Assembly (NCBI GenBank): GCA_945863965.1
Contig: CAMBBZ010000001.1
Coordinates: 199 to 64,198 of the forward strand
DNA from: Chitinophaga pinensis
GTDB taxonomy: Bacteria; Bacteroidota; Bacteroidia; NS11-12g; UBA955
Direction: 5' to 3'
Length of the DNA: 64,000 bases
The translations under genes were made by a program, and so were the position numbers. Below, piece after piece: positions 10,055 to 22,657 of the stretch (position 1 is the stretch's first letter; each line of letters opens with the position of its first letter). The notes beneath the pieces were generated by a model. That model saw only the letters and a program-made list of their open reading frames with translations. It was not told the DNA's origin and made no database searches.

Positions 10055-11411
10055 CTTGTTGGTATTGGTTTGTCATTCTTCCTTTTAAACGGCCACCGCC
10101 ACTCATGAAACCATCGTACTTGCGCATCAAAAGGTGCGACTCAATTTGTTGAAGGGTATCTAATACCACTCCCACCAAAATGAGCAAACTCGTACCTCCG
10201 AAGAATTGTGCAAATTCTTGGTTTACATTACCTTTCACCGCGAAAACTGGTAAAATCGCGATAATGCTTATGAATATCGAACCGGGTAGCGTAATACGTG
10301 ATATTACGTTATCGATAAAATTGGCTGTTTGTTTACCGGGTTTAATACCGGGAATAAATCCATTATTTCGTTTCATGTCATCAGCCATTTGCACGGGATT
10401 AAAAATGATCACAGTATAGAAATACGTGAAAACGATAATTAAAAACACCAAAAATGCGTTATGTCCGAAACTGTAAGGATTCATAAGACTCAACAACCAG
10501 CCAGGAGCTGCAGATTCTGTGTAGAAACTACCGATGGTTGCAGGTAAGAACAAAAGGGCTTGTGCAAAGATGATTGGCATTACACCAGCCGCTAATATTT
10601 TGATAGGAAGGTATTGGCGGGCACCACCGTATTGGCGATTACCGACAACTCTTTTGGCATAATTCACACTGATCTTGCGGGTACCTTGCGTAAGCATGAT
10701 AACAAACAAAACCACCATAAACCAAATTACAAGTTCTACGATAAACAATATAGGACCTCCTTTGGTAAGGCGGAATAAAAATTCACCGACAATTGCTGCG
10801 GGCATGCGGGCAATAATTCCGACCATAATGATCAAACTTATACCGTTGCCTAATCCACGATCCGTGATACGTTCACCAATCCACATCGTAAACATTGTAC
10901 CTGCGGTTAACAAGAACATATTGGTTATAATGAACATCGATTTAGATAGCATATCACCATAGTTAAACAACAAGGCCGCTTGGTTACCCGGAGTCGACAT
11001 GATGTTATTTAAGTAGGCATAAGCCTGCACCATTGTGAAGATAATAGTAAGGATACGTGTATATTGATTAATTTTACGACGACCCTCCTCACCTTCCTTT
11101 TGGATACGTTGGAAACTCGGGATGGCAATGGATACTAACTGCATGAAAATAGATGCCGATATATAAGGCATGATTCCCAAAGCAAAAATAGCACCGCGAG
11201 CGAAAGCACCTCCAGCGAAGGTATTGATTAGACCCAAGATATTATTCTTGGTTTGTCCTTTCAAGCCCTCGAGCATTTCTGCATCGATACCAGGAAGGAT
11301 AATGTAGGAACCCAAACGGTAAATTACCAATAGCATAAGCGTATACGTGATACGCTTACGGAGCTCCTCAATGGCCCAAATATGTTTGAAGGTGTCGAGG
11401 AATTTTTTCAT
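10044..11411 (-). CDS. secY: Preprotein translocase SecY
   Basis: IFALGIMPYISASI, GLGNGISLII, AGVMPIIFA, FGGTSLLILVGV. Confidence 0.98.
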   Translation of the reverse strand: MKKFLDTFKHIWAIEELRKRITYTLMLLVIYRLGSYIILPGIDAEMLEGLKGQTKNNILGLINTFAGGAFARGAIFALGIMPYISASIFMQLVSIAIPSFQRIQKEGEEGRRKINQYTRILTIIFTMVQAYAYLNNIMSTPGNQAALLFNYGDMLSKSMFIITNMFLLTAGTMFTMWIGERITDRGLGNGISLIIMVGIIARMPAAIVGEFLFRLTKGGPILFIVELVIWFMVVLFVIMLTQGTRKISVNYAKRVVGNRQYGGARQYLPIKILAAGVMPIIFAQALLFLPATIGSFYTESAAPGWLLSLMNPYSFGHNAFLVFLIIVFTYFYTVIIFNPVQMADDMKRNNGFIPGIKPGKQTANFIDNVISRITLPGSIFISIIAILPVFAVKGNVNQEFAQFFGGTSLLILVGVVLDTLQQIESHLLMRKYDGFMSGGGRLKGRMTNQYQQVDN

Positions 11412-11413
11412 GA

Positions 11414-11866
11414 TTATTTCCCCATTAGGTGAATGCTACCACCAGCCGTTTCAATGGCAGATTTAGCAGTTTCACTGAATTTATTGGCATGAACTTCTAA
11501 GGTAGCTTTCAATTCACCACGGCCTAAAACCTTGATTAAATCGTGTTTACCTATAAGGTGTTTTGCTAATAACAAATCGCGGTCGATTACTTTAACACCC
11601 ATATCTTCTGCTAACTGTTGTAGAACATCGATATTAATGGCTGCATACTCTATGCGGTTGATATTTTTAAATCCACCTTTTGGAATACGACGTTGTAAAG
11701 GCATTTGACCACCTTCAAAACCCACTTTACGTGAGTAACCTGTACGTGATTGAGCTCCTTTATGTCCTTTGGTAGATGTACCACCACGACCAGAACCTTG
11801 ACCACGACCGATACGTTTTCTATTTTTAACCGAACCAACGGCCGGTTTTAAATTACTTAAATCCAT
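11414..11866 (-). CDS. rplO: 50S ribosomal protein L15
   Basis: GRGQGSGRGGTSTKGHKG, GFEGGQMPLQRR. Confidence 0.98.
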   Translation of the reverse strand: MDLSNLKPAVGSVKNRKRIGRGQGSGRGGTSTKGHKGAQSRTGYSRKVGFEGGQMPLQRRIPKGGFKNINRIEYAAINIDVLQQLAEDMGVKVIDRDLLLAKHLIGKHDLIKVLGRGELKATLEVHANKFSETAKSAIETAGGSIHLMGK

Positions 11867-12045
11867 TAGGCGTTTTCAATTTTTAATAAATGTTCTACTG
11901 TACGAATCATTCCTTGGATTTGAGGATTCAATTCCACTTCGCGACTCGCGTGCATTTTACGTAAACCTAGAGCCCATAAAGTTGCTTTTTGGTTTTTAGG
12001 GTATCCGATACCACTTTTGATTTGTGTGATTTTTACCTTCGCCAT
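11866..12045 (-). CDS. rpmD: 50S ribosomal protein L30
   Basis: MAKVKITQIKSGIG...LGLRK; start moved to ATG 12045 to avoid overlap with rpsE. Confidence 0.95.
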   Translation of the reverse strand: MAKVKITQIKSGIGYPKNQKATLWALGLRKMHASREVELNPQIQGMIRTVEHLLKIENA

Positions 12046-12049
12046 GATA

Positions 12050-12571
12050 TTATCCATTAAACACTTGTTTTAAGCTGATACCACGTAATTGGGCCACACT
12101 ATTGGCATCACGCATACTGGTTAGGGCTTTGAACGTTGCCTTAACCACGTTGTGCGGGTTAGAAGAACCTTTAGATTTCGCTAATACATCCTTAACGCCT
12201 GCACTTTCCAACACGGCACGCATGGCTCCACCGGCAATTACACCAGTACCATTAGAGGCAGGGCGTAAAAGTACGCGACCACCACCAAATTTACCCAACT
12301 GCTCATGAGGAACGGTTCCATTGATTACGGGAACTTTGATTAGGTTTTTCTTCGCGTCTTCAATACCTTTATTGATTGCTTCGATTACTTCACCAGACTT
12401 TCCTAAACCATGACCTACAGTACCATTACTATCGCCCACTACCACTAAGGCAGTAAAACTAAACGTACGACCACCTTTCGTAACTTTGGCTACGCGGTTG
12501 ATAGATACAACACGCTCCGTTAAGGTGATATCACCTGGACGGATACGGGGATTATTATTCAAATTAGACAT
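12050..12571 (-). CDS. rpsE: 30S ribosomal protein S5
   Basis: [30 protein letters not shown]. Confidence 0.98.
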   Translation of the reverse strand: MSNLNNNPRIRPGDITLTERVVSINRVAKVTKGGRTFSFTALVVVGDSNGTVGHGLGKSGEVIEAINKGIEDAKKNLIKVPVINGTVPHEQLGKFGGGRVLLRPASNGTGVIAGGAMRAVLESAGVKDVLAKSKGSSNPHNVVKATFKALTSMRDANSVAQLRGISLKQVFNG

Positions 12572-12588
12572 GTTGTTTTACTTAAAAA

Positions 12589-12945
12589 TTAGAACTGAAG
12601 ACCTCCTTCACGGGCTCCGTCGGCCAAACTTTTCACGCGACCATGGTATAAATAACCACCACGATCGAAAACTACTTGCTCAATACCTGCTGTTTTCGCA
12701 AGTTCAGCAATCTTTTTACCAACGAGTGCCGCTTTGGCAACTTTGGTATCAGTTATATCAAGAATCTCAGCTGCACGCGAAGAAGCAGAGGCAAGGGTAA
12801 CCCCATTTGCATCATCTACCAACTGTGCATAGATATCTTTATTACTACGGAAAACACTTAAACGTGGGCGTTGAGCAGTACCTGCAACTACGCCGCGTAT
12901 ACGTTTACGAATCTTATCTCTTCTAAAAACTTTCGACTTTGCCAT
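12589..12945 (-). CDS. rplR: 50S ribosomal protein L18
   Basis: [24 protein letters not shown]. Confidence 0.98.
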   Translation of the reverse strand: MAKSKVFRRDKIRKRIRGVVAGTAQRPRLSVFRSNKDIYAQLVDDANGVTLASASSRAAEILDITDTKVAKAALVGKKIAELAKTAGIEQVVFDRGGYLYHGRVKSLADGAREGGLQF

Positions 12946-12954
12946 AATTTACAC

Positions 12955-13509
12955 TTATTTTTTACCTGCAGACTTACCTGCTTTTCTACGTACAACTTCA
13001 CCCGCAAATCTGATACCTTTTCCTTTGTAAGGCTCAGGAGTACGGAAGGAGCGAATTTTGGCAGCCAACTGTCCTAAAAGCTGTTTGTCGCAGCAAGACA
13101 TGGTGATGTTTGGATTCTTTCCTTTAACAGTCTCGGTAACTACCGTGATTTCTGATGGAACTTGCAACAAGATCTTGTGCGAGTATCCAACTACGAATTC
13201 AACCAAGTTACCTTGATTAGAAACTTTGTAACCGACACCGACCAATTCTTGATTGACAGAATGCCCTTGAGAAACCCCTGTAATAAGGTTGTTTAGCAAT
13301 GAGCGATAAAGACCGTGAAGGCTTTTATCTTGTTTACTGTCGCTTGGGCGATGTATTGTCATCACACCTTCCTCAACTTTCACTTCGAAAGTTACAGGAA
13401 TATCCTGAGACAATTCTCCTTTTGGCCCTTTAGCAGTAACCACACCTGGAGTTAACGTAACTACGGTGCCGGCTGGGATGCTAATGGGAGCTTTTCCTAC
13501 GCGTGACAT
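12955..13509 (-). CDS. rplF: 50S ribosomal protein L6
   Basis: MSRVGKAPI, PEPYKGKGIR. Confidence 0.98.
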   Translation of the reverse strand: MSRVGKAPISIPAGTVVTLTPGVVTAKGPKGELSQDIPVTFEVKVEEGVMTIHRPSDSKQDKSLHGLYRSLLNNLITGVSQGHSVNQELVGVGYKVSNQGNLVEFVVGYSHKILLQVPSEITVVTETVKGKNPNITMSCCDKQLLGQLAAKIRSFRTPEPYKGKGIRFAGEVVRRKAGKSAGKK

Positions 13510-13543
13510 ATGTTATTTTTTTTATTAGTATTTAAAGAAAAAA

Positions 13544-13942
13544 TTATTGCACAAAGCATAATACTTCACCGCCAATTCCCATGTGTCGCGCTTCTTTATC
13601 GGTCATTACACCTTTAGACGTAGTTAATATAGCCACACCTAATCCGTTCATTACACGGGGAAGATTGTCTTTATCGGCATATTTTCTCAATCCAGGCGTA
13701 CTAACGCGCTTCAAAAGTTGAATCGCAGCTTGACGGGTTTGGGGATGGTATTTAAGGGCTATTTTGATAACGCCTTGTTTATTATCGGAATCTTCAAATT
13801 TATATTTGAGGATATACCCTTTTTCGAACAACACGCGGGTAATTTCTTTTTTCAAGTTACTCGCGGGAATCTCAACCACTCGGTGGTTGGCTTTCATTGC
13901 GTTGCGCAAACGGGTTAGGTAATCTGAAATAGGATCAGTCAT
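13544..13942 (-). CDS. rpsH: 30S ribosomal protein S8
   Basis: MTDPISDYLTRLRN, STPGLRKY, GGEVLCFV. Confidence 0.98.
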   Translation of the reverse strand: MTDPISDYLTRLRNAMKANHRVVEIPASNLKKEITRVLFEKGYILKYKFEDSDNKQGVIKIALKYHPQTRQAAIQLLKRVSTPGLRKYADKDNLPRVMNGLGVAILTTSKGVMTDKEARHMGIGGEVLCFVQ

Positions 13943-13954
13943 TGCTTTTGTTTT

Positions 13955-14224
13955 TTACCAACTTGATTTTGTTACACCTGGGATTTTGCCATCACTTGCC
14001 AATTGGCGAAATTGGTTACGACATAATCCGAAAACACGAATATAACCTCTAGGTTTACCCGTTAATTTACAACGATTTCTCAAACGAACGGGAGATGCAT
14101 TGCGGGGTAATTTTTGCAATTCATCGTAGTTTCCTTCCGCTTTTAATTGCGCACGCTTCTCGGCGAACTTAGCCACCATAGCTTCGCGTTTGCGCTGTCT
14201 AGCTTTTATACTTTCTTTTGCCAT
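13955..14224 (-). CDS. rpsN: 30S ribosomal protein S14 (89-aa, zinc-free type)
   Basis: [31 protein letters not shown]. Confidence 0.98.
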   Translation of the reverse strand: MAKESIKARQRKREAMVAKFAEKRAQLKAEGNYDELQKLPRNASPVRLRNRCKLTGKPRGYIRVFGLCRNQFRQLASDGKIPGVTKSSW

Positions 14225-14227
14225 TTT

Positions 14228-14779
14228 TTAATCTTTTTGAAAGGGGAAACCCATTAAACGCAATAATTCCAAACTCTCTTCGTCGGTCTTAGCCGTAGTA
14301 ACGATGGTAATATCCATACCAGAAATACGGTTCAACTTATCGATATCAATTTCAGGAAAAATGATTTGTTCTGTGATACCCATAGTCCAATTCCCACGTC
14401 CGTCGAATCCTTTAGTCTTCAACCCTTGGAAATCGCGAATACGAGGAATCGCAACAGATACTAAACGATCTATAAAATCATACATGCGACTCGCACGTAA
14501 GGTTACTTTACAACCAATAGGCATATTCTCACGCAACTTAAAGTTAGAGATTGCCTTCTTGGAAATCGTAGCAATTGCACGTTGTCCCGTAATTTTGGTC
14601 ATTTCCTCAATAGCGGAATCTACCAATTTCTTATCGTTCACAGCCGCACCAACACCCTGATTTAGGACGATTTTTTCAATGCGGGGAACTTGCATGCTAT
14701 TGCTGTAGTTGAATTTAGCCTGCATAGCGGGCACTACTTCTTCGAAATATTTATTTCTTAATCTAGGTGTGTAACTCAT
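14228..14779 (-). CDS. rplE: 50S ribosomal protein L5
   Basis: [25 protein letters not shown]. Confidence 0.98.
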   Translation of the reverse strand: MSYTPRLRNKYFEEVVPAMQAKFNYSNSMQVPRIEKIVLNQGVGAAVNDKKLVDSAIEEMTKITGQRAIATISKKAISNFKLRENMPIGCKVTLRASRMYDFIDRLVSVAIPRIRDFQGLKTKGFDGRGNWTMGITEQIIFPEIDIDKLNRISGMDITIVTTAKTDEESLELLRLMGFPFQKD

Positions 14780-14787
14780 TTCAATAA

Positions 14788-15111
14788 TTAATTAATAAAT
14801 TCCCCCGTTTTTTTAGCAAAGCGCTGCAATTTTCCATTCTCGTTGACCTTGCGACCAACGCGGCTAGTGGCACCATTTACAGTAACCATTAACTTGGAAA
14901 GATGGATAGGTGCTTCGATTTTATCGATGCTACCCGCTGTATTTTGAGCGGAAGGTTTGCGGTGTTTTGAAACTATATTCACTCCTTCTACTAACGCGCG
15001 TAATTTTTCTGGGAATACCGTCAATACACGACCTGATTTACCTTTATCATCACCAGAGATAATCGTTACGATATCTCCTTTTTTGATGTGTAGTTTTTGT
15101 CTGTTTGCCAT
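14788..15111 (-). CDS. rplX: 50S ribosomal protein L24
   Basis: [25 protein letters not shown]. Confidence 0.97.
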   Translation of the reverse strand: MANRQKLHIKKGDIVTIISGDDKGKSGRVLTVFPEKLRALVEGVNIVSKHRKPSAQNTAGSIDKIEAPIHLSKLMVTVNGATSRVGRKVNENGKLQRFAKKTGEFIN

Positions 15112-15119
15112 AGTGATAT

Positions 15120-15488
15120 TTATAATACTTCAGGGGCTAATGATACAATTTTCATAAACTGTTTGTCACGTAACTCACGTGCAACAGGTCCGAAGATACG
15201 GGTTCCTCTTGGTTCGTCTGAGTTATTCAACAACACACAGCTATTCTCATCAAAACGGATATACGATCCGTCTGGACGGCGAATTTCCTTTTTAACGCGA
15301 ACTACTACTGCTTTTGAAACCGATCCTTTCTTTACGTTTCCTCCGGGCGCTGCATGTTTTACGCTGACAACGATTTTATCGCCAACGCTTGCATAACGAC
15401 GCTTAGTTCCGCCTAATACACGAATGCAAAGAACTTCTTTGGCTCCGCTGTTATCGGCTACTTTTAATCTGCTTTCTTGTTGTACCAT
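15120..15488 (-). CDS. rplN: 50S ribosomal protein L14
   Basis: [27 protein letters not shown]. Confidence 0.98.
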   Translation of the reverse strand: MVQQESRLKVADNSGAKEVLCIRVLGGTKRRYASVGDKIVVSVKHAAPGGNVKKGSVSKAVVVRVKKEIRRPDGSYIRFDENSCVLLNNSDEPRGTRIFGPVARELRDKQFMKIVSLAPEVL

Positions 15489-15490
15489 GA

Positions 15491-15751
15491 TTACTTAGCT
15501 TTTTCAACGATTTCAACCAATCTCCAACATTTAGACTTACTTAAGGGACGAGTCTCCATAATTCGAACGATATCATTCTCTGCACACTCATTGTTTTCAT
15601 CATGAGCTGCGAACTTTTTCGTCTTTTTGAAGTACTTACCGTATTTGGGATGCTTTATGCTACGAACAACTGCAACAACTATGGTCTTATCCATTTTGTT
15701 GCTGGTTACCGTACCGATGATCTCCTTACGAGCGTTTCTTACTGCTTCCAT
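15491..15751 (-). CDS. rpsQ: 30S ribosomal protein S17
   Basis: [25 protein letters not shown]. Confidence 0.98.
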   Translation of the reverse strand: MEAVRNARKEIIGTVTSNKMDKTIVVAVVRSIKHPKYGKYFKKTKKFAAHDENNECAENDIVRIMETRPLSKSKCWRLVEIVEKAK

Positions 15752-15757
15752 TTATAT

Positions 15758-15991
15758 TTAATTTTCTATTTCTTGTTGAGTCATAGCGGCCTTAAGCTGT
15801 GCTTCATGGCGGCGATTATTTAACTCCGTTAACAAACGGGCAATCTCACGACGTACAATACGCATTTTGTGAGGTTGATCCAAAGGCGCAACGGCATTTT
15901 GGAATTGCATCTTCTGATAACGAACTCGTTCTTCTTTGTACAGATCGACTAATTCTTTATTTGGAAGTTCTTTAATTTCTGAATACTTCAT
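15758..15991 (-). CDS. rpmC: 50S ribosomal protein L29
   Basis: Lies between rplP and rpsQ; MKYSEIKEL...RREIARLLT. Start moved to ATG 15991. Confidence 0.93.
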   Translation of the reverse strand: MKYSEIKELPNKELVDLYKEERVRYQKMQFQNAVAPLDQPHKMRIVRREIARLLTELNNRRHEAQLKAAMTQQEIEN

Positions 15992-15992
15992 T

Positions 15993-16418
15993 TTAATCTT
16001 CTTCGTTAAAATCAGGACGTACGGAGAACTTACATGCAACTGGCAATTTTTGAGCAGCCAATCGCATTCCTTCTTTAGCCGTTTCTAAAGGCACACCACC
16101 CACTTCAAACATGATGGTTCCGGGCTTCACACGTGCTACCCAATATTCAGGAGCACCTTTACCCTTACCCATACGAACTTCTGCTGGTTTTTTGGTGATA
16201 GGTTTATCTGGAAAAATACGAATCCATACTTGCCCTTCACGTTTCAAATAACGAGTTACGGCGATACGTGCAGATTCAATTTGACGTGAGGATATCCAAC
16301 TAGGCTCTAGTGATTTTAGACCGAAGCTACCAAATTCAATTCGGTGACCTCTACCTGCGATACCACGTACGCGCCCTTTCTGTTGTTTTCTATATACGGT
16401 TCTTCTTGGACTTAACAT
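15993..16418 (-). CDS. rplP: 50S ribosomal protein L16
   Basis: [24 protein letters not shown]. Confidence 0.98.
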   Translation of the reverse strand: MLSPRRTVYRKQQKGRVRGIAGRGHRIEFGSFGLKSLEPSWISSRQIESARIAVTRYLKREGQVWIRIFPDKPITKKPAEVRMGKGKGAPEYWVARVKPGTIMFEVGGVPLETAKEGMRLAAQKLPVACKFSVRPDFNEED

Positions 16419-16432
16419 ATTCTAAACATTAA

Positions 16433-17191
16433 TTAATTACGACGACGTCTGTCACGGTCACGATCGCGATCGCGATCACGGCCATTATTACCACGATTTG
16501 AGTTTCCACGGTCGTTTCCACGAGGACCTTTTTTCTCGGCATCTGCATTAGGAGACAAATCTACTTTACCGTAGATTTCACCACGACATACCCATACTTT
16601 AATACCAATTTTACCATAAACCGTTTGGGCTTCTACTAAGGCATAATCAATATTAGAACGCAAGGTGTGCAGAGGAGTTCTTCCTTCTTTGTAGATTTCA
16701 GAACGCGCTATTTCCGCACCATTCAAACGACCACTGATACGTACTTTAATACCATCAGCACCCATTTTCATAGTTGTTTGCAACGCGTTTTTAATCGCAC
16801 GTTTGTATGAGAAACGATTTTCAATTTGTTGTGCAATATTCTCACCTACTAAACGCGCATCCAATTCAGGACGTTTGATTTCGTTGATGTTGATTTGTAC
16901 ATCTTTACCCGTGATTTTTTTAATTTCCTCACGAATCGCGTCAACTTCTTGGCCGCCTTTTCCGATTACTATTCCTGGACGAGCCGTGTTAATAGTAAGG
17001 GTGATGCGTTTAAGTGTACGTTCGATAACCACCTTAGCGATTCCACCGCGGGGTATACGAACGCGAAGATATTCACGGATTCGCTGGTCTTCAACAAGCT
17101 TATCTCCGTAATCTTTTCCGCCATACCAGCTAGAATCCCAACCACGGATAATTCCTAAACGTAATCCTATAGGGTTTGTTTTTTGTCCCAT
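16433..17191 (-). CDS. rpsC: 30S ribosomal protein S3
   Basis: [33 protein letters not shown]; low-complexity RD-repeat tail. Confidence 0.98.
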   Translation of the reverse strand: MGQKTNPIGLRLGIIRGWDSSWYGGKDYGDKLVEDQRIREYLRVRIPRGGIAKVVIERTLKRITLTINTARPGIVIGKGGQEVDAIREEIKKITGKDVQININEIKRPELDARLVGENIAQQIENRFSYKRAIKNALQTTMKMGADGIKVRISGRLNGAEIARSEIYKEGRTPLHTLRSNIDYALVEAQTVYGKIGIKVWVCRGEIYGKVDLSPNADAEKKGPRGNDRGNSNRGNNGRDRDRDRDRDRRRRN

Positions 17192-17192
17192 T

Positions 17193-17564
17193 TTATGCTT
17201 GTTCGGTTTGGGTTTGACTTAATTTACTATCGATTATAATAGTAACGTGATTGGATCTTTTGCGGATACGGTATCCACGACCTTGAGGGGCTGTTCTCAA
17301 ACGCTTAATGGCTAAACCTCCGTCTACGGTAATAGATTTAACATATAACTCGCTGTCTTCGATGCGACCGTCTGCATTGGATACACCCCAGTTGGCAATC
17401 CCGCTCTTGATTAACTTAGTCAAAAATATTGCATAAGTTGGGCGCTGATTCCATTGAAGTATATTAAGTGCTTGTTCTACGCGTTGTCCACGAACCTGAT
17501 CGGCTAGTAAACGCATTTTACGCGGCGACAACGGACAGTTTCTTAAAATTGCTTTAGCTTCCAT
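17193..17564 (-). CDS. rplV: 50S ribosomal protein L22
   Basis: [25 protein letters not shown]. Confidence 0.97.
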   Translation of the reverse strand: MEAKAILRNCPLSPRKMRLLADQVRGQRVEQALNILQWNQRPTYAIFLTKLIKSGIANWGVSNADGRIEDSELYVKSITVDGGLAIKRLRTAPQGRGYRIRKRSNHVTIIIDSKLSQTQTEQA

Positions 17565-17569
17565 TTCTA

Positions 17570-17827
17570 TTATTTACCGTGACCTTTATAAGTTCTGGTG
17601 GGTGCAAACTCACCAAATTTATGTCCTACCATATTCTCAGTTACATAAACTGGAATAAATTTATTTCCATTGTGAACCGCAAACGTATGTCCCACAAAGT
17701 CTGGGATGATCATTGAGCGTCGTGACCAAGTCTTAATAACTGACTTTTTACCTGCTGCATTTATCACATCCACCTTCGACATCAATTTGATATCTACAAA
17801 CGGTCCTTTTTTAATTGATCTTGCCAT
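17570..17827 (-). CDS. rpsS: 30S ribosomal protein S19
   Basis: [30 protein letters not shown]. Confidence 0.98.
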   Translation of the reverse strand: MARSIKKGPFVDIKLMSKVDVINAAGKKSVIKTWSRRSMIIPDFVGHTFAVHNGNKFIPVYVTENMVGHKFGEFAPTRTYKGHGK

Positions 17828-17846
17828 TTACTTTCGTACTTAGTGA

Positions 17847-18683
17847 TTATTTGTTACGTTTGGATTTTCTCTTTTCGATGATTAGTCGACTTGAGTTTTT
17901 CTTAGGAGAACGCGTTTTCTGTCCCTGTGAATAAATCAAGTTTCTTGAACGGGGTTGACCACCTTTGTTTCGGCCTTCACCACCACCCATGGGGTGATCG
18001 ACAGGGTTCATCGCAGCTGGACGTACACGTGGACGGCGACCCAACCAACGACTACGACCGGCCTTACCTAACACTACCTGCTGATGTTCAGCATTAGAGA
18101 GGATACCAACAGTAGCCATACATTCTCCAAGAACGAAACGACTTTCACCTGATGGCAATTTCAAGGCAACATATTTGCCTTCTTTTGCCATTAACTGAGC
18201 GTATGTTCCAGCAGAACGGCATATGCGTCCACCTTGACCCGGTTGTAATTCAACGTTATGAATTAAAGTACCCAAAGGCATTTCCTTCATAGGCATAGCG
18301 TTTCCAAGATCTGGAGAAACTCCTGAACCTTGTGAAATCACTTGACCTACTTTAATACCACCTGGAGCTAAAATATAACGCTTCTCACCATCAGTATATT
18401 CAACCAATGAAATAAAAGCCGAACGATTGGGATCGTATTCAACTGTTTTTACTTCACCTGTAACGGTAACATTATTGCGTTTAAAATCGATAATACGATA
18501 CTTACGTTTGTGTCCACCACCTATGTAGCGTACAGTCGTACGTCCCTGATTGTTACGTCCACCAGATTTCTTGATAGGCAATAACAAACTCTTCTCTGGC
18601 TTACTTGCAGTAAGTTCTTCGAAAGTGTTTGCCACTCTCGTTCTCTGGCCAGGTGTGATTGGTTTTAATCTACGTACTCCCAT
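17847..18683 (-). CDS. rplB: 50S ribosomal protein L2
   Basis: [22 protein letters not shown]. Confidence 0.98.
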   Translation of the reverse strand: MGVRRLKPITPGQRTRVANTFEELTASKPEKSLLLPIKKSGGRNNQGRTTVRYIGGGHKRKYRIIDFKRNNVTVTGEVKTVEYDPNRSAFISLVEYTDGEKRYILAPGGIKVGQVISQGSGVSPDLGNAMPMKEMPLGTLIHNVELQPGQGGRICRSAGTYAQLMAKEGKYVALKLPSGESRFVLGECMATVGILSNAEHQQVVLGKAGRSRWLGRRPRVRPAAMNPVDHPMGGGEGRNKGGQPRSRNLIYSQGQKTRSPKKNSSRLIIEKRKSKRNK

Positions 18684-18686
18684 GTC

Positions 18687-18971
18687 TTAAACGTCCTTGT
18701 AAAAATCAATGTTAAAACCTTCTTTAAGTGTTACAAAGGCCTTTTTATACTTGTTAGTATAACCGGAGATTTGGCCTGTGCGGCGATTCTTGCGCGCTTT
18801 CCCCCGCTGGATCATGGTATTAACCGATTCAACCTGTACTTCATAGAAGGACTCAACGGCTTGTTTAATTTCGTCTTTAGTGGCTTTAGTGTCCACAACG
18901 AAACCAAACTTACCCTTTTTGTCCAATAACGAACTAGACTTTTCGGTTACCAATGGCTTTTTAAGTATCAT
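18687..18971 (-). CDS. rplW: 50S ribosomal protein L23
   Basis: PLVTEKS, YKKAFVTL. Confidence 0.97.
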   Translation of the reverse strand: MILKKPLVTEKSSSLLDKKGKFGFVVDTKATKDEIKQAVESFYEVQVESVNTMIQRGKARKNRRTGQISGYTNKYKKAFVTLKEGFNIDFYKDV

Positions 18972-18972
18972 C

Positions 18973-19593
18973 TTATATATTCTCTTGTAACTTGTTCAAT
19001 GCCCCTTCTGTAAGTATTAAGCTTTTCGCTTTCAATACCTGATAGGTATTCAAATCAGCTGCACACATTACATTGTTATTTTGTAAATTACGACCTGAAA
19101 GATACACGTTAGGGTTGTTCTCTGAAGTAACCAAAAGAGAAGATCCCTGCACTTTCAATGCCGCTAACATATTCTTGAATTCTGCCGTTTTTGGCGTATC
19201 CATGTGAATATCTTCAATTACAACGATTGCGTTGTCTTTCGCTTTATACGATAAAGCCGATAAACGAGCTAAGCGTTTTAATTTTTTATTCAATTTAAAG
19301 CTATAATCACGCGGACGTGGACCGTGGAAACGACCACCACCAATGTAAATACCCGCTTTCAAAGAACCGTGACGTGCGCCACCTGTTCCTTTTTGGCGTA
19401 TAACTTTACGTGAAGAACGGTGTACTTCACTCTTGTCCTTAGTTTTATGCGTACCTTGACGCTTATTGGCCATGTACTGTTTTACATCTAAGTAAATAGC
19501 ATGGTCATTAGGCTCAACTGCAAATATTTCCGTGAGCAAGGTAACCGTACGACCGGTTTCAGCTCCTAACTTGTTTAATACTTTAACTTCCAT
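18973..19593 (-). CDS. rplD: 50S ribosomal protein L4
   Basis: RQGTHKTK, QKGTGGARHGS. Confidence 0.98.
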   Translation of the reverse strand: MEVKVLNKLGAETGRTVTLLTEIFAVEPNDHAIYLDVKQYMANKRQGTHKTKDKSEVHRSSRKVIRQKGTGGARHGSLKAGIYIGGGRFHGPRPRDYSFKLNKKLKRLARLSALSYKAKDNAIVVIEDIHMDTPKTAEFKNMLAALKVQGSSLLVTSENNPNVYLSGRNLQNNNVMCAADLNTYQVLKAKSLILTEGALNKLQENI

Positions 19594-19596
19594 GAC

Positions 19597-20214
19597 TTAC
19601 TTCTCAATAAAAACGGTGGAACCATTATGACCTGGTATAGAACCTTTCAATACCAAAACATTCTTTTCAGTATCGATTTGTAAAACCGTCAAATTAAATG
19701 CTTTTACACGCTCACCACCCATACGACCCGCCATACGTGTACCTTTAAATACACGAGCAGGGAACGAACATGCACCAATAGAACCTGGAGCACGCAAACG
19801 GTTATGTTGACCGTGAGTGGCTTGACCCACACCGGCGAATCCATGGCGCTTTACAACACCCTGAAAACCTTTACCTTTTGAGGTACCTACAACATCAACG
19901 AATTCACCTTCCTCGAAGATGCTTACATCAATGATAGAACCTAAGGTAACGTCCATATCACAATCGCGGTATTCTACAACATCTGTTTTGGTTGTTGTAT
20001 TCGCTTTTCCAAAATGTCCTTTTTCCGCTGAATTAACACGACGCTCTTTCTTATCACCAAAGGCCATCTGAACTGCGTTGTATCCGTCGGTAAGTTCTGT
20101 TTTAACTTGTGTAATCACACAAGGACCTGCTTGAACTACGGTGCACGCTACACGTCTACCATCGGCATCAAACACGCTGGTCATACCCAGTTTTTTTCCA
20201 ATTAAACCGTTCAT
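19597..20214 (-). CDS. rplC: 50S ribosomal protein L3
   Basis: [27 protein letters not shown]. Confidence 0.98.
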   Translation of the reverse strand: MNGLIGKKLGMTSVFDADGRRVACTVVQAGPCVITQVKTELTDGYNAVQMAFGDKKERRVNSAEKGHFGKANTTTKTDVVEYRDCDMDVTLGSIIDVSIFEEGEFVDVVGTSKGKGFQGVVKRHGFAGVGQATHGQHNRLRAPGSIGACSFPARVFKGTRMAGRMGGERVKAFNLTVLQIDTEKNVLVLKGSIPGHNGSTVFIEK

Positions 20215-20219
20215 GTCTC

Positions 20220-20528
20220 TTATAATTTGATTTCAACCTCAACACCGCTAGGAAGTTCAATCTTCATTAGGGCGTCTACGGTTTTGGTGGAACCATTAAA
20301 AATATCGATAAGGCGCTGATACGTACAATATTGGAACTGCTCACGTGCCTTTTTATTTACGTGAGGAGAACGCAATACCGTAAAGATTTTCTTGCGCGTA
20401 GGTAGAGGCACGGGACCGCTTACTACAACCCCCGTCGTGCGTACCGCCTTTACGATCTTCTCTGCTGATTTATCCAGCAGATTATGATCGAAAGACTTTA
20501 GTTTGATTCTTATTTTCTGATTAATCAT
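20220..20528 (-). CDS. rpsJ: 30S ribosomal protein S10
   Basis: [31 protein letters not shown]. Confidence 0.98.
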   Translation of the reverse strand: MINQKIRIKLKSFDHNLLDKSAEKIVKAVRTTGVVVSGPVPLPTRKKIFTVLRSPHVNKKAREQFQYCTYQRLIDIFNGSTKTVDALMKIELPSGVEVEIKL

Positions 20529-20545
20529 TTTAGTCGATTTGTGTT

Positions 20546-22642
20546 TTAACCGTTTACTTTTTTAAGAACTTCTTCAGCGATTGCCTTTGGCGTTTCAGCA
20601 AAATGACTGAACTCCATAGAACTGTTCGCACGTCCTGAGGTAATGGTACGCAACGTGGTTACATAACCAAACATTTCACTTAAAGGCACTTTAGCCTTTA
20701 CAACTTGAGCACCACCACGCTCGTCCATACCTTCTAATTGACCACGACGGCGATTTAAATCACCCATCACATCACCGGTATTTTCGTCGGGAGTTACTAC
20801 TTCCAATTTCATTATTGGTTCAAGCAATATAGGTCCACAATTACGCGCTGCATGTCGGAATCCTTGTTTAGCCGCTACTTCAAACGACAACGAATCCGAG
20901 TCAACCGCGTGGAATGAACCGTCAAACAAACGAACCTTAATTTTGTCGATTGCATAACCAGCTAGTACTCCATTGCGCATGGCAATTTTAAAACCTTTTT
21001 CAACGGAAGGGATAAATTCACGTGGAATTGATCCCCCTACTACTTCGTTCACGAATTGTAATCCTTCGCCTTCGAATGTAGCATCGGCTGGACCGATTTC
21101 AAACTGGATATCGGCAAATTTACCACGTCCACCCGTTTGCTTTTTGTATGTTTCGCGGTGCGAAAAATTCTTCGTTAATGCTTCTTTGTAATTTACCTGA
21201 GGCGCTCCTTGGTTACATTCAACCTTGAATTCTCTTCTCAAGCGATCTACGATAATATCAAGGTGTAACTCACCCATACCCGAGATGATCGTTTGACCTG
21301 TCTCTTCGTCGGTGCGCACACGGAATGTGGGATCTTCTTCGGCCAGCTTGTTCAATGCCATACCTAATTTGTCGGTATCGGCTTGGGTTTTAGGCTCAAT
21401 AGCCAAACCAATAACAGGCTCTGGGAATACCATACTTTCCAAAATGATTGGGTGTTTCTCATCGCACAAGGTATCCCCTGTTTTGATGTCTTTGAAACCA
21501 ACCACTGCACCAATATCACCTGCACCTAATTGATCGATAGGATTTTGCTTATTGGCATGCATTTGGAAAATACGAGAAATACGTTCTTTATTACCCGTAC
21601 GCATGTTCAACACATAGGAACCTGCATCTAACTTACCTGAGTAGGCGCGTATGAAACACAAACGACCTACGTAAGGATCTGTAGCAATTTTAAAGGCCAA
21701 AGCCGCAAACGGCTCGCTATAAGCTGGCTGACGTTCTTCTTCTTTCTCCGTATCGGGGTGTGTACCCACAATTGCGTCGATATCCAAAGGACTTGGCATC
21801 AATTCCATAACCATATCGAGCATGGTTTGTACGCCTTTGTTCTTAAATGAAGAACCGCACATCATGGGAACCAATTTCAAATCGATTACGGCTTTACGTA
21901 AACAATCAAGAATTTCGCGCTCGGTGATGCTGGTAGGATCTTCGAAGAATTTGGCCATGATATTTTCATCATAATCAGATACCGCTTCGAGTAATTTCTC
22001 TCTCCACTCGGTAGCTTCTTCAACCATATCTTCTGGAATTGGAATTTCTTTGAATGTCATTCCGTAGTTCTCTTCATCCCAAATAATACCTCGGAAATTG
22101 ATTAAATCTACCACACCAGTGAATTTGTCTTCAGCACCAATTGGCAATTGAAGGGGAACTGCGTTGCTACCCAACATTGATTTAACTTGGGAAACCACGT
22201 TCAAAAAATCTGCTCCAGAACGGTCCATTTTATTAACGAATCCAATCCGTGGAACTTTATAATTGTCGGCTAGGCGCCAGTTTGTTTCGGACTGAGGTTC
22301 AACACCATCAACCGAACTAAACAAAAACACTAGGCCATCCAAGACACGTAATGAGCGATTTACCTCTACGGTAAAGTCAACGTGACCTGGTGTGTCAATA
22401 ATATTAATATGGTAATCATGATCACGATAATTCCAAGATACAGTTGTTGCAGCAGAGGTAATGGTAATACCACGCTCTTGCTCTTGAGCCATCCAATCCA
22501 TGGTAGCTCCTCCGTCGTGTACCTCACCAATCTTGTGATTTACTCCGGCGTAGAACAAAATGCGTTCCGTAGTGGTTGTTTTTCCGGCATCGATGTGCGC
22601 GGCAATTCCAATGTTTCTTGTGTATTTTAAATCGCGTGCCAT
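20546..22642 (-). CDS. fusA: Elongation factor G
   Basis: [31 protein letters not shown]. Confidence 0.99.
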   Translation of the reverse strand: MARDLKYTRNIGIAAHIDAGKTTTTERILFYAGVNHKIGEVHDGGATMDWMAQEQERGITITSAATTVSWNYRDHDYHINIIDTPGHVDFTVEVNRSLRVLDGLVFLFSSVDGVEPQSETNWRLADNYKVPRIGFVNKMDRSGADFLNVVSQVKSMLGSNAVPLQLPIGAEDKFTGVVDLINFRGIIWDEENYGMTFKEIPIPEDMVEEATEWREKLLEAVSDYDENIMAKFFEDPTSITEREILDCLRKAVIDLKLVPMMCGSSFKNKGVQTMLDMVMELMPSPLDIDAIVGTHPDTEKEEERQPAYSEPFAALAFKIATDPYVGRLCFIRAYSGKLDAGSYVLNMRTGNKERISRIFQMHANKQNPIDQLGAGDIGAVVGFKDIKTGDTLCDEKHPIILESMVFPEPVIGLAIEPKTQADTDKLGMALNKLAEEDPTFRVRTDEETGQTIISGMGELHLDIIVDRLRREFKVECNQGAPQVNYKEALTKNFSHRETYKKQTGGRGKFADIQFEIGPADATFEGEGLQFVNEVVGGSIPREFIPSVEKGFKIAMRNGVLAGYAIDKIKVRLFDGSFHAVDSDSLSFEVAAKQGFRHAARNCGPILLEPIMKLEVVTPDENTGDVMGDLNRRRGQLEGMDERGGAQVVKAKVPLSEMFGYVTTLRTITSGRANSSMEFSHFAETPKAIAEEVLKKVNG

Positions 22643-22657
22643 GTTGTATTCGTTTTT

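Noticed and set aside
16440..16482. Hexamer tandem repeat in rpsC ([12 protein letters not shown])
   Set aside because: Low-complexity charged S3 tails are common, and the codons vary, so it is not a contingency repeat.
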